Origin: Octopus sinensis
Taxonomy: Eukaryota
Assembly: GCF_006345805.1 (NCBI RefSeq)
Contig: NC_042997.1
Coordinates: 35,092,001 to 35,156,000 of the forward strand
Length of the DNA: 64,000 nt
Direction: 5' to 3'
Positions 24,700-37,993 of this stretch are shown here, piece after piece. The notes under the pieces are model-generated. The model was not told the origin of the DNA and made no database searches. It saw nothing but the letters and a program-made list of their open reading frames with translations. The translations under genes were made by a program, and so were the position numbers. Within the stretch, counting starts at the first letter, position 1. Each line of letters opens with the position of its first letter.

Positions 24700-26150
24700 A
24701 GGGCAAGCCTTATAGAGATAATCTATACGGCTACGAGCTGTGTTGTATGGAAACTTAAGAAATTTTTAAGTATACGGACAAGAGCAACCTGATTGATAAT
24801 AGATTAGACCTAAGGGTATTATGCGTACATAGGGTGACCCGCACTTTTAAATATTTTGGAAATTAGCGTTTAAAGGTGCTACACTTGAACCTGGATAAGG
24901 GAAATTAATTTTTAGTGTCATATCTGATGTGAACTTACCCCTAGTAATATACATAATAAGTTATATATTTAATTACTATTCTCTATAATTTCTTATTTTG
25001 TTTTCTTATTTTGATACGTTTACCTATTAACTTCTTATCTCTTATATGTTATTCATGTTCTTCAAGAGAGATATATACTTTCTAGTTACTTAAGTCTATG
25101 AAAGTTCATTATAACATAGCCATAATGAAGTACAAATATCTGTTTATATTTGCATGTGTGCACATAGTTAAATATGTGTATGTATCTATGCACAATTTAT
25201 TTTTTCCAATTTTTTTCTGATTCTTACCTTATAATTAATAAATAGATAGTATGATTTATCGCCCCAGTATTCCATAATTACCCAGAGCAATCTTTATAGA
25301 AATACCAAATAAGTAAATAATTAAGAACAGGAATGAATATGAAAATAATTCTATGTAATCTTCCCTTTCTAATGTTGAAAATTGGTATATATACATATTT
25401 TATCTATTCTAGTTATAATATCATTTTTAATAATCTTAAATTTTATCTTTATACATCATAACAATATTGTTTATATACAATCATCCATAGTGCCCCATGA
25501 TAATTTCCTCTGTATTAACATCATAGGTTTTATTAGCGTCTTGCCCCTGTAACTGGGAATTAACATCTTGATTTGGCGTCTTCCCCTACCCAGTCGCCTT
25601 TATAGACAATTACTTATACAAATCATAAATCCTGACAATATTTATGAATATACCCAATTATAAACTGTCAAATCACTCTGTCTAGCCATTATAAACATAC
25701 ACTGTCCTCTAGCCTTAGATGTGGTAGTTGATAAAAAAGACTAATAAATTATAAATGAACCACAACACTTTACAAGATATGACCCTAACAAACTTCATAC
25801 AATTCTTAGAAGTGTAGTATATTCTTAGCTACATTAGTAGCAACATGGAATTGCTCTCTTCTTGGTCTATTAGAGAATTTGAGTAAAATTATATTAATGT
25901 GTCCAACTGATTAAAAATTCTATTTATTTATGCAGCTGAGGATAGCCCTGCATTTAAACTGATGTAATGATGGCATTGTTCAATTAAATAGAGCCACTTG
26001 AAACGGTCGTACTGCATCACCTCTTGATATCTTGTTGCCTATTTTGATTTTATTCAACTTACTTTCAGTTGTACGGATAATACCGCACTGACTTGCTGCT
26101 TCGACTTAAGTACCCAATTCAACTGAATCTCAACTATTTATTATGTATAT
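24700..26150 (-). mobile_element. Decayed Penelope-like retroelement (RT region plus 5' end)
   Basis: Minus-strand fragments in PLE RT order: KF..R.R..QFH, MFIMA, KIIKNDIITRIDKI..TNFQH, GHP..PYNTA. The 5' region is homologous to the 9.0-9.5 kb copy. Confidence 0.6.
25930..26017 (+). ncRNA. Type-I hammerhead ribozyme motif associated with the PLE
   Basis: ATGCAG-CTGAGGA-[57-nt stem/loop II]-GAAA-CGGTCG-TA-CTGCAT: perfect 6-bp stem I, intact core, minimal stem III, GUA site at 26009-26011. Confidence 0.7.
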
Positions 26151-26174
26151 ATATACTTATATATATTCATCGGC

Positions 26175-26228
26175 TGTCCGTTGTACGTCAACGTTTACTG
26201 TTCTTCAGTAACCATCTTCAGCAGGCTC
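26175..26228 (-). ncRNA. Hammerhead-like remnant with damaged GAAA junction
   Basis: Minus strand CTGAAGA-TGGTTACTG-AAGAA-CAGTAA-AC-G-TTGA-CGTA; consistent with loss of about 4 nt (CCGA) from CAGTAACC-GAAAC. Confidence 0.4.
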
Positions 26229-26474
26229 TCATATATTTTACAATAACACCTCTGGACAAGTAGCAGCGATAATATTTGTTGAAGGCGAAGCTACTTGATG
26301 AAACACAGAAGTCACTCCTTCACATTCTCTGTTAATTCTGCACAACGGCTGGAATTACGAACTTCACCAATTGGTGTCTTTCATTGCGCTCCGTAATACA
26401 ACGACAAATTGTTCCGTAACAAATTGTTTCGTAACTCAATATGTAAATAATTTATATCATCATGTTTAATAATA

Positions 26475-26570
<96 letters not shown>

Positions 26571-26573
<3 letters not shown>

Positions 26574-26854
26574 TGTGACCGACCAGGCTATCAGATGTTG
26601 CTACACATCGCTGGTCACAATGCGCGTCGCATTGTTTTAGCCTTCAAGTGACGCCACCCCGCTGGCTAAGCGAGCAGGCCAACAGAAAAAAGAACGAGAG
26701 AAAGTTGCGGCGAAAGAGTACAGCAGGGATCGCCACCACCCTCTGCTGGAGCCTCGTAGAGCTTTAGGTATTTTTGTTCAATAAACACTCACAACACTCG
26801 GTCCGGGAATCGAAACCGCGATCCTACGACCGCGAATCCGCTGCCCTAACCACT
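26571..26854 (-). mobile_element. SINE family C variant (tRNA-like head, alternative tail) in (TA)n
   Basis: Head AGTGGTTAGGGCAGCGGATTCGCGGTCGTAGGATCGCGGTTTCGATTCCC shared with 57291-57672; the 3' part is unrelated and ends GGTCGGTCACAGTG. Confidence 0.9.
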
Positions 26855-27534
26855 TATATATATATACATATATATAAGCACTTATATATAACACCCTCTT
26901 GTATACAGAAACGTGAGTAGTCTTCCGCCACATATACTGACTCGGAGAAGATGTTGTTTTGTTCTTTATGCATTAGTAGGTAAAATTTGTAAAAGTACAT
27001 GAAGCTGCGCTCTGAAAGACATCCTTGAACAATTGATTCTCGGTAGTTACACCTTATCTGTTACAGAAACATCTTCAGTCGTTCATTTTCCAAGAAGAAC
27101 TGCCATTGTTCTACATAAACAGCAAAATTATTTAGCAAGTGCGCGCATAACTTTGTTAAGCTAGAATGTAGTAATTATAAATGCACTAATCAACGACACA
27201 CACACGCACACACACAATCACACACACACACTCACACACACACATCCATATGTAAATGTGTACATTTGTATTTACATATGTATAAACTACACCATTAAAA
27301 TGAAATACCGGTTGGGAATACTAAACTTCTAATACATTTACTTAGAAATGTATACGCTATTCTTTCAGTCTCCGTTGTAATACAATTAGCTTTCTCTTTG
27401 CGGACGCCATAATAGCTGTGCTAAAGGCCGAAGAACGTAACATGATCCTTTTGCATTGATACCAGATACTGCTCAGTGTAAGTACGTAAGTGTGTTTAAA
27501 CATTATGTGTGTACCCGTGGTTACTGTTACATCC

Positions 27535-27535
27535 G

Positions 27536-27604
<69 letters not shown>

Positions 27605-27755
27605 CTATCTATCTATCTGTCTATCTATCTATATATCTATCTATATATATGTCTATCTATCTATATATCTATCTATCTATCTATCTGTCTATCTATCTAT
27701 CTATATATCTGTCTATCTATCTATCTATATATCTGTCTTTCTATCTATATATCAT

Positions 27756-27811
<56 letters not shown>

Positions 27812-27847
27812 GTCATCTATCTATATATATCTATCTATCTATCTATC

Positions 27848-27908
<61 letters not shown>

Positions 27909-27955
27909 TATCTATCTATCTATATATCTGTCTATCTATCTATCTATCTATCTAT

Positions 27956-27989
<34 letters not shown>

Positions 27990-28049
27990 CTATATCTATC
28001 TATCTATCTATCTATTATCTATCTATATATCTATCTATCTATCTATCTG

Positions 28050-28120
<71 letters not shown>

Positions 28121-28155
28121 CTATCTCTCTCTCTCTATCTATCTATCTATATCTA

Positions 28156-28210
<55 letters not shown>

Positions 28211-28245
28211 GTCTATCTATCTATATATCTATCTATATATATATG

Positions 28246-28314
<69 letters not shown>

Positions 28315-28347
28315 ATATCTGTCTATCTATCTATCTGTCTATCTATA

Positions 28348-28396
<49 letters not shown>

Positions 28397-28440
28397 GTAT
28401 CTCTCACTCTCTCTCTCTCTTCTATCTATCTATATCTATA
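27535..28440. repeat. ~900-bp degenerate (TCTA)n / GATA-type satellite
   Basis: Mosaic of TCTA, TCTG, TA and TC units; source of the three 335-347 aa spurious ORFs. Confidence 0.98.
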
Positions 28441-29189
28441 CACACATACACATACACGCTCGCACGTACGCACAGACACATACACGCACATATATGTGAA
28501 ATGTATTTTGTTATAGAAAACTGATGCGTGAGAAAGTATGCGTGTGTTTATCGGAATATTAATGGTTGCATGAGAAACAATGCACTTATCGGTTAATATG
28601 TTTTATTGTTTGTCTTTCAACACACTCAACAGAGCATTAGGCGAAAACGAATGTGATTCACATTCTGTTTAAAACAAGGCATTATCAAAATCGTTACTGT
28701 ATCGAATAGAATAAATTGCTGTGTGTGTGTGTTTCTAGTCTTTGTGCGCAGAGCTTCCATCTCCAGTCTATGCCGAATTTATTTGCTATTGACTGCCGAT
28801 AAAGTTTGAGTGGGGAGACTTTCTATGTCTGGGCAACCGCTGCTTTTCTAAAAAAAGAAAATCAGTCTGCATTTTGTCAAAGAAATGTTTGGATAGTTCC
28901 ATAGTTTTGAGTCATACAAAGACCCGGACATAAATATATACATACATACACGCACGCATGCATGCATACATACACATATACATATTTACATACATGCATA
29001 CATTCAAGCTCAGTCTGAAAGATTGCTTGGGGTCACGGGTAAGTAATATAAATCTGTAACTATTATCTAATTTATACTATATATGCGTTAAAAGATATGT
29101 AGCCAATGGCAGCACTTCAGTAATCGCAGCTGCCCGAGCAATGACCATGCTCCAACATCCACAAACTCTGCGTCAAAACTAGAATATCT

Positions 29190-29335
<146 letters not shown>

Positions 29336-30328
29336 GGTCTATTACTAGTAGTTAGATCAAGTAGAGGCTTTTGAGTACGATGGGAGAATGCAATAGTAAT
29401 TCGTAGAGACTTAATGAATAACATCGATGTGTCGATTTTCCCTCACGGCAACTTGCCAAAACAAGGAGGTAGCTTTGCTACTCTAAATACTGCTTTCAGG
29501 TACTGGAATGCAGCATACAGAGATATTGTATAGGAAAAGTTTAAGAAATGGATATGGAAAATAAGGACTCCAACAGTCCCTTTTCATATCACAATTTGCA
29601 TCAATTTTCTAAATTGGTAAAAGAGACGTTTCTTTCTTTTGCCTTCATTTTCTTTCTCTTTGATGATGTATATTTGGAGGCAAAAAATAAATAACGTTCT
29701 ATAGTCTGAATCAAACAACTTTTGTTCCTTTTCATCTCTCTTTCTATTGCTCCTATTCTATACATAGAAACATAACAGACATACACACGTATCATAAATA
29801 CATGTATAATCCGGTATTTAGAATCCGGAATGTATATGGATATTTCTGTTGTGGATTGTTTAAGTCAACACAAAAAGTATTCCATCAATAAAAATACAGA
29901 TTCATATGATTTAAATATGCCTTTAAAATATAATACTGAAATATTACGGTTAAATACATATGCACACATACAAACATACATAACTACATATATACACACA
30001 CATATATATGCATACCTAAATATGTATATATATATATATCATACGCCATCATTTTTGTCCAAAAATCAAAGTGTGTTAAAAGATTATACGAAATGAAAAA
30101 TCATTGAAAACATATCGCAAAATATATATTTAAATTTTGTATATTGGCGATTTGCCAGAGTAAAATGACTGTTTTATTTGTTCAATGTAAAAAAAATGTC
30201 CCTTACAAAAAAATACTTCTCTAACACACACACACACACATACACACACACACACAAACGCACACATACATATATATAAATATAAATCTCACTACGTCTC
30301 CCTTTATACCTATCTATCCATACCTATG

Positions 30329-30362
<34 letters not shown>

Positions 30363-30365
<3 letters not shown>

Positions 30366-30995
30366 TGGTTGTCTACTCCTTATACAGAGTTTGACCACCT
30401 CCTGTACCTACACCTTAGCACCATCATGGCGGCTGATGTGACGTTTAAAACCAGACAGTGTTCTGAAAAGACACCCACATAGACTGCACCTCTGATTTGG
30501 ATCATCAATACTAGCAGATAAGTTCTGCTCTTTGTAGATCTTGAAATGTCTTTTGAATCCTTTTCTCACAAAAAGATCCTTGTCATTCACCCTTCCGATC
30601 GTTACATTGTTCCTTAGATCTCTTTTGAGTCTTGCATTATTCTGGCCTCTTCAAATGCTTTTATTCCACTCCACACCTTTGTTCGCCATCCAATTCAATC
30701 CGAAGCAAAGGTTTCTATAACTTCTGTAAGCATTCCAAATGAATTCATAGTAGTCCCTATGCCTTCCTTGAAACTCTTTGTAGGTTTACGCTGATAGCGT
30801 TTCCCCTCTGCAAGCTCACCATAAAACAGCTGTTTCGGCATGCGCTCCTCTGCCATTCGAACAATATTGCCACACCATCTAAATTGGTTCCTCAAAAATC
30901 ATAGCTTTAATTGAGGTGATGCCTGCAGAAGCAAGGACATCTGTGTTTGGAGTAAAAAAAAACTCCATTTAATTTTTTAAATGAGATGAAGGCAT
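30363..30995 (-). mobile_element. RTE-clade LINE 3' end (decayed), ending in (TA)n
   Basis: KIKW..PNTDVLASAGITSI, NQFRWCGNIVRMAEERMPKQLFYGELAEGKR and terminal CSLCGCLFRTLSGFKRHISRH zinc finger. Confidence 0.92.
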
Positions 30996-31449
30996 GCGTA
31001 TGTATACGTGTTTGTGTATGCATGTATGTATATACATATGTATGTATGTATGTATTTTTCAGCTATTGTCTCGTTCATTCGACTATTCAGTCAACTGTAC
31101 CAGAATTCGTGTAGCTATATTTAGTTTTATCTTTTCCACATTCCTCTCCTACGCTTTCTCACTTTTCCTCTGTTTTTCTGTAATTCATCAAATCTTCCTG
31201 TTTATTATTTTTTCTTTATTTAATTAAACTTTGTTATTTCACCTTTTTCCCCAGTTAACTATATTTATTTCTTTGCTAATTATCATTATAATCATGTAAT
31301 TGCTAATTACACTTGTTGGTGAGCTTTGTTATTTTTATTCAATAAAATTAACAATTTTATTTACTTGCTAATTTTAGTTACATTTATCGATTTCTCGACG
31401 TTATTGCTACTGTTATGATTCGGATCTAGAAGCGTAGTAATGTTGCTTC

Positions 31450-31960
31450 AGACAGCATGGATTTAGAAGTAAGGACAACCATTCATGAATATGACGTTAA
31501 ATTGGTGGCCTTACAAGTAGGCGGATCTAGATGTGGCAGTGTATCAAAATTGGTGGTCATGTACAGAGTCCAGGAGGTCACATTCCTTCAGCGGTCTAAA
31601 GGATGTTCGAAGAACACCTCGCTCATTAGTATCGACTTGAATGGCATCTTAAACACATTGTTTTGTTGCAGTTGCTAGAAGTGGATGTAAAGGTCTCTCA
31701 GTCCAGGTCAGCTAGTTCTAGCTGTCCGGCAAGTATCGCCAGAATTTTTCGAATGCATTAATTGGAATTCGAGAAACTGCTGCGAGTCGTCCAGGTTAAA
31801 TTTAAATATCAATTTTGCTGGGTTAACCGATAATAATTGTATAAGTTTACCAGAATTTCTGAGACCTGACTTCAAAAATATGTATACGTTGTGTCAGCTG
31901 AAACAACATCAATAAGCAGGGTCTTGTGCACTCAAAATTAAATGATCCTTTTCCAATCAA
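31450..31960 (-). mobile_element. Possible pogo/Tigger-like DDE remnant
   Basis: LAILAGQL and QLQQNNVFKMPFKSIL resemble the pogo LAVIPGG.T..LQPLD.V..PFK segment; very decayed. Confidence 0.3.
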
Positions 31961-32727
31961 ATAATGAAGGATAGGATTTATGAATTGGTTAAGAGGCGAT
32001 TGGTGACATGTGCGAACAATTGCAGTTGCCGTACATAGACGCTTTCATAGGACATCTCTATTTAACATAACTTTATTCATGGGTCAAAAGCATAATAGAT
32101 GACGGGCCCTCAGCGTCTGAAATATTGTTAGTGACTCCATAAACTCCAAACATAGGACAACGTGACTGACCTCATATTCAAGAGTGTTATTAGAAAGTAC
32201 TTTCTGCATCATTGAGGACAGTCTGTGTGGTATCTTCCGAAGAATATTTTGATCAGGAATTGTTGACAGTTTGCTTCGTCTAACATTGCTACCGGAAAAT
32301 ATTTTTTGTTTGAAATATAATTCATAGATATTATCGTGTTGGAGCTGTTATCGCCTAAGCATACATGAAATCACCACACTGTGGAGAAACTAGATAATAG
32401 AAAGACGGTTGGGGGAACGACGTAAATGCTGGCTTCTAATAGATTGGATCAAAGTTTATTGATGAGTTTTCTCGTTAGGTCAGACATGACATATCAGACC
32501 TGTGATTAATGGATAATGTGGACATGGTAACCCATCTCTAGATTATCCAACGTATTTTTTCTAGAGTTAAGTATTAGTTCAGGTTGGTGTGCCTTATTTT
32601 TTTCTGGTATCACTGTTTTATTCGTTTTAAATTTATTCTTTTTTATTTGTTATTTCCTCCTTAAGATTTCTCCTGCGTACAGTTCCCAACGACCACAATC
32701 CGTTGGGCTTTTAAAATACGCTCTTGC

Positions 32728-32730
32728 TGT

Positions 32731-32762
<32 letters not shown>

Positions 32763-32830
32763 ATACTACTACCACTACCACTACTACCACCACCACCACA
32801 CCACCACCACCACCACTACTACTACATTAC
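32728..32830. repeat. (CTA)n/(CCA)n microsatellite
   Basis: Direct inspection. Confidence 0.95.
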
Positions 32831-32975
32831 TGATTGCCATTTTTATTGCTCTTTTTACCAATGATATCTGTTTTACATTTTTCAAGAATTATATTATGCA
32901 CATCTTTCATTTCTTTATTTTAATTATTTGTATCATTAAACACTTTTTATTACTGAATTTATCTAATTGGTTTAC

Positions 32976-33006
<31 letters not shown>

Positions 33007-33719
33007 CTCAGTCGAATTCCATAACCTTTCCTACATTATAATATGATCTATTTCTAATGATCTCTTCCCCTTTCATCCATTTATTTTTCAACAAGTATTT
33101 TTTCCATTTATCTTCCTGTATTTTTTCCTTTACAATTTTATTGGATGTTAATCTATATTTTTTTGCATGTGTTAGCAATGTGCATAGTAAAGATATAAGC
33201 GAGATCATTAGCCATTTGCTACTTTGACTCTACTTCAAGTATCTGATGTTCTCCATAGTATTACTTTAAGTATTTTAGTTTATTTTATGATAATATTTTG
33301 TTAAATGTTTATTTTTTTCGATTCTATAAATTTTATTCTATTTGATCTCGTGTTAGAAAGTTTGTAAAAGTCGATTGATGCTACAGTTTTTTTCTTTTAG
33401 CAGGAACTCAAAAGAACTCTTATAATCTTTCATTATTCTCTTCCCTAAACTAATAAAAACAAACAAACAAATAAAATAACACGAACGTGAGATACTTAAA
33501 TGTGCTGAATCTAACGCCAAAAAAAAAAAAAAAATCATACATTTGCAAAACACACATTCACATACAGTCAATGCATAATGTATACATCGAATGGTTATCA
33601 AGCAGCGCCCATTAGAAATTCACATTACACAAACACACGGACACATATAGATATACACACGTACGCACACATGCGTGCATGTAGACACACAGTACATAGT
33701 GCCTGGATTAAAAGCTTAC

Positions 33720-33887
33720 ATTATGTATGTATGTATGCATGTATGTATGTTATGTATGTATATATATATATATATATACATATATATATACACATACATA
33801 TGTATATATACAGACACATTTATATATATATATACATATATATATATATGTATATATATATATACATATACGTGTATATATATATAG

Positions 33888-33957
<70 letters not shown>

Positions 33958-34010
33958 CATATATACATACATATATATATTACATATACATACATATATA
34001 TATACATGTG
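33720..34010. repeat. Long (TA)n/(TATG)n tract
   Basis: Direct inspection. Confidence 0.95.
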
Positions 34011-34592
34011 AAATGTATAAAGTATTTTCGTACTTAATTCCTCTGTTGATTTAATTATAGTGGGACATACACATTTAAAAACATTAAATACAAATACCCG
34101 TCTGTGCAAATCAACAAAGTCAACACATTTCAGTGATTTTAACTCTCTTCTAAAGTATTTTCATAGAAATTTCAGTGCATTTACCCGATGTTCATTCGAA
34201 CTCCCACTAAGTCAAGGTACATATAATCTTTAACAAACGTAGAGCCATATGTGTAGTTAAGGTAATGAAAGAATCACAAATGTATAACTCAATGAAAATT
34301 TGGCTGCTATTGTATATAAAATTTATACCTCACTACCCGTAAAATTACAGCGAGTGCTGCAACTTGTGCCGTATGGAAACGTTATGATACTGTTCTGTAA
34401 CTGGCTATTTTCCATATTTACTGAACTATTTAAGAAACGTTTTCTATAAAATAAATACTTACGACATAATTGTTAAACACAAGCATAAAAAATACCTACC
34501 TACCTACCTACCTACGTACATACATACATACATACATACATACATGCATGCATACATACATACATACATACATTCATATACATTCATATATA

Positions 34593-34640
<48 letters not shown>

Positions 34641-34649
34641 TATATATAT

Positions 34650-34768
34650 GGAGGCGCAATGGCCTAGTGGTTAGGGCAGCGGACTCGCGGTCGTAGGATC
34701 GCGGTTTCGATTCCCAGACCGGGCGTTGTGAGTGTTTATTGAGCGAAAACACCTAAAAATGCTCCACG
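34650..34768 (+). mobile_element. SINE family C, 5' portion only
   Basis: Nearly identical to 57291-57406; preceded by (TA)n and truncated after GCTCCACG. Confidence 0.92.
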
Positions 34769-35549
34769 TTCATTAATAAACACACGCACACGCAGACAGG
34801 ATTACAGACACACACATAAATATAGTCCTCAAGATGTGCTGTTTCATTTACGAATTTATGAATAAGTACTCTAATAACAAATTGTACGTGTATACAGATT
34901 GAGACACTCACGAACGCATATATCTGCGTCTATGTGAATTTCTGTGAGTTTGCATGTACTACATAGAGGAGAGCCTAAAAAAATTAAAAAATCAAAAAAA
35001 CAGAAACACGGTGCTAATTTTTCATCAGAAAATATAATGAAATTATAATTTCAGATGTAATAAAAGCATTAATACTCGTTGAAAATGAATTAGAATATTA
35101 AATTAGCATGGTATTTCGTTTTGAGAACCTTCTTTATTTTTATCGAATTCATGCGTAAACACTAAATTTAAACTTTTGTAAACATAAACTTGAACATATA
35201 TACTTGTACTTATATATACTTATAAGCATATGTAAACATTCGTGTGTACACGCACGCACACACACATATATAGGGGGCACGAGTGACCTAATAACTTGAT
35301 GCCTAAACGTAGGAGACAGTGATAGACTTTTGCGCTCAGCATATTACTTCTCCATAAGTTCCCAGAATCCATGACTTATAGGCACTTCCATATCAAATCA
35401 TTCGTATCTTTTACTGTAGGCTATGATGGTTGAACAGAGCAGGATACATCCCAAATAATAACAATGTATTATTTCTTACTACAGTCATAGTAATTCTTGT
35501 GTAGCAAAATAATTATAAAAGCTATAATTATGAAATTATGTAATAATGA

Positions 35550-35858
35550 CAGCAATCCAGGCACAATGCCTGAAATTTGGGGAAGGGGGTTAGTCGATTA
35601 CATTGAGCCAGTACACACCTGGTACTTATTTTATCGACTCCGAAGGAATGAAAGGCAAACATCGACCTCGGCGGAATTTGAAGTCAGAGCGTAGCGACGA
35701 GCGAATACAGCTAAACATTTCGTCCAGCACGCTAACGATTCTGCCAGCTCACCGCGTTAACTTTCTGCTATAGGCACGAGGCCCTGAAGTTAAGGGTGAG
35801 GAGATTAGTCGATAACATCGACCCCAGTATTTCACTAGTACTTAATTTATCGATCCAA
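35550..35858 (-). mobile_element. Older SINE-B (alternative tail) plus an adjacent partial copy
   Basis: B core and head at 35550-35760, then a second tail/core fragment at 35761-35858. Confidence 0.8.
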
Positions 35859-36428
35859 TGCAGGACAACAAACGTTAAGGCAAAGCCGACATCTCAAGTC
35901 ATATACATTATTATTATTGGAAAAAATTCAAAGCCTGACAGCTGTTTTGGGGATATACCCGAGTATGGAATATTCCGTCACGCGAGATAGGGAACAAAAA
36001 GTGGGAAATGAAAAGGGTATATATTAATGAAATTATGACATAGAGGAAAGGAAGAAAAAAGAAGCATAAAAGTTCACAGTTTAACTTTCCGATGTTGTTG
36101 AAACAAATGCATAAATTCTTAGGCGTAATTCTGCGCGGATCCATGTGTGCTAAAAACCTGATATTGTAAACATCCAGAGAAATAAGATGCGAACATATAA
36201 CAGAATGGTAGTGGAGGTGGCTATTAAGTGTTAACCACTCACCTCTGCAAAACTCAAATACCGTTCACTTTCGAACTACAAGTTTTCTCATCAAAGCAAA
36301 AAGCTCTGCACTATTATACACACATCATATACATATTTTATCTTCAGGCGTCTGTAAATATTTAGCTCAAATGCAAATACAATCTACACTAATACTTCAC
36401 TATTTTAGCAAAATTTTCTACACTAATA

Positions 36429-36844
36429 GGCGCAGGAGTGGCTGTGTGGTAAGTAGCTTGCTAACCAACCACATGGTTCCGGGTTCTGTTCCACTGGGTG
36501 GCATCTTGGGTAAGTGTCTTCTGCTATAGCCCCGGGCCGACCAACGCCTTGTGAGTGGATTTGGTAGACGGAAACAGAAAGATGCCTGTCGTATATATGT
36601 ATATATATATATATATGTATGTGTGTGTATGTTTGTGTGTCTGCGTTTGTCCCCCTAGCATTGCTTGACAACCGATGCTGGTGTGTTTATGTCCCTGTCA
36701 CTTAGCGGTTCGGCAAAAGAGACCGATAGAATAAGTACTGGGCTTACAAAGAATAAGTCCCGGGGTCGAGTTGCTCGACTAAAGGCGGTGCTCCAGCATG
36801 GCCGCAGTCAAATGACTGAAACAAGTAAAAGAGTAAAAGAGTAA
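36429..36844 (+). mobile_element. SINE family A, full length
   Basis: A box TGGCTGTGTGG, B-box-like GGTTCTGTTCC, CTTGGGTAAGTGTC post-tRNA segment, internal TA/GT tract, tail (GTAAAAGA)n. Confidence 0.96.
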
Positions 36845-36916
36845 CTAAACATAACGCAAGGAGTAAATCAATAATTAAATAATTAACAAACACATATACT
36901 AACAGAGGGGAAAAAG

Positions 36917-37649
36917 ATGGCTACTCAACAACAAAACTCTAAGCAAATTTGGTTTGAGAATGAAATAGACCTTCTGATAAATATATGGTACTTTCTTATG
37001 CAGCGAACTAATAGCCAGACGCGCAATCCAACTCTTCAGATCGCCCCTAGAAACACTTAAATTAATTAATAGACGTTCTGAAAAACAGCAATGTATTTTC
37101 TCTTCAAATACTGGTCAACAGCAACAACAACAACAACCACAACAGCAACAATAACCACGGCAACAACAGCAAACACAACGACAAAAACAACAACCATCGC
37201 AGCAGGAACTGACTCAGCCTCAACATTTAACACTCCTTAATTCAACGACAATTGATGACCTACTTAATGAAACGTTCAGCTTCACAGGTTTCAGTTGTTC
37301 ACAGCCCATTCAACCAGAGTTTGTTACCCACCCATTAAATATTCCACAGCAGTAACAATTATAGCAACAAGAATCACAACAACAACAACATGAACAATTA
37401 CCGGTACAACAACCACCTCAAAAACAGCCACAGACACAGCTTCAACCTGCTACTATTTGTTATCAACCGACTGAATGCTTATTTGAAGGCCCCCTTAATG
37501 AATTTGCCAAACACAAATGTACACTAATTAAAATTTATGCCTCTCAGAACCTACACACGAAACCTCAAAATATGCAGCTGTTCACTACACAAGAATCTGG
37601 AGACGATGTTCTCCTGGGGCTACAAGCTACAGTAAACACCCACCCTTAG
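36917..37649 (+). pseudogene. Decayed ~243-codon glutamine-rich ORF of unknown origin
   Basis: MATQQQNSKQIWFENEIDLLINIW start; one +1 frameshift (CCCC 37044-37047); three internal stops (37152, 37353, 37362), each one C>T change from a Gln codon. Confidence 0.5.
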
Positions 37650-37679
37650 TGGTTAGCCATATTGAGATGGCAAGTATAC

Positions 37680-37726
<47 letters not shown>

Positions 37727-37730
37727 TTAA

Positions 37731-37768
<38 letters not shown>

Positions 37769-37773
37769 TATAT

Positions 37774-37960
37774 TGTTGGGAAGTCCCAGATGAACCTACC
37801 TCACGACAGGAGACACGGATGCGGGCAGCAGCATCGAACTCCCTTGTTGATCAAGTGCCACGTATCAGAGGTGGATTCACAAACTAGTGTAGCTCATTCA
37901 GCGGTGGTGCCCCAGCATGGCCGCGCCTTCGGGCTAAAACATTTTTAAGGATTTAAGGAT
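37774..37960 (+). mobile_element. CR1-clade LINE extreme 3' end inserted in (TA)n
   Basis: CWEVPDEPTSRQETRMRAAASNSLVDQV..* (PDEP/SNSL C-terminal motif of invertebrate CR1-type ORF2), short 3' UTR, (TTTAAGGA)2 tail. Confidence 0.8.

Positions 37961-37992
<32 letters not shown>

Positions 37993-37993
<1 letters not shown>

Noticed and set aside
27456-28524. Three 335-347 aa ORFs (YLSIYLSI...)
   Set aside because: Translations of the (TCTA)n satellite; stop-free only because of the repeat unit.
29375-29533. 53-codon stop-to-stop frame VRWENAIVIRRDLMNNIDVSIFPHGNLPK...
   Set aside because: Looks protein-like but has no usable acceptor or recognisable homolog.
32150-32560. Possible Tigger-like LMDN..H remnant
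   Set aside because: Too decayed to distinguish from chance.
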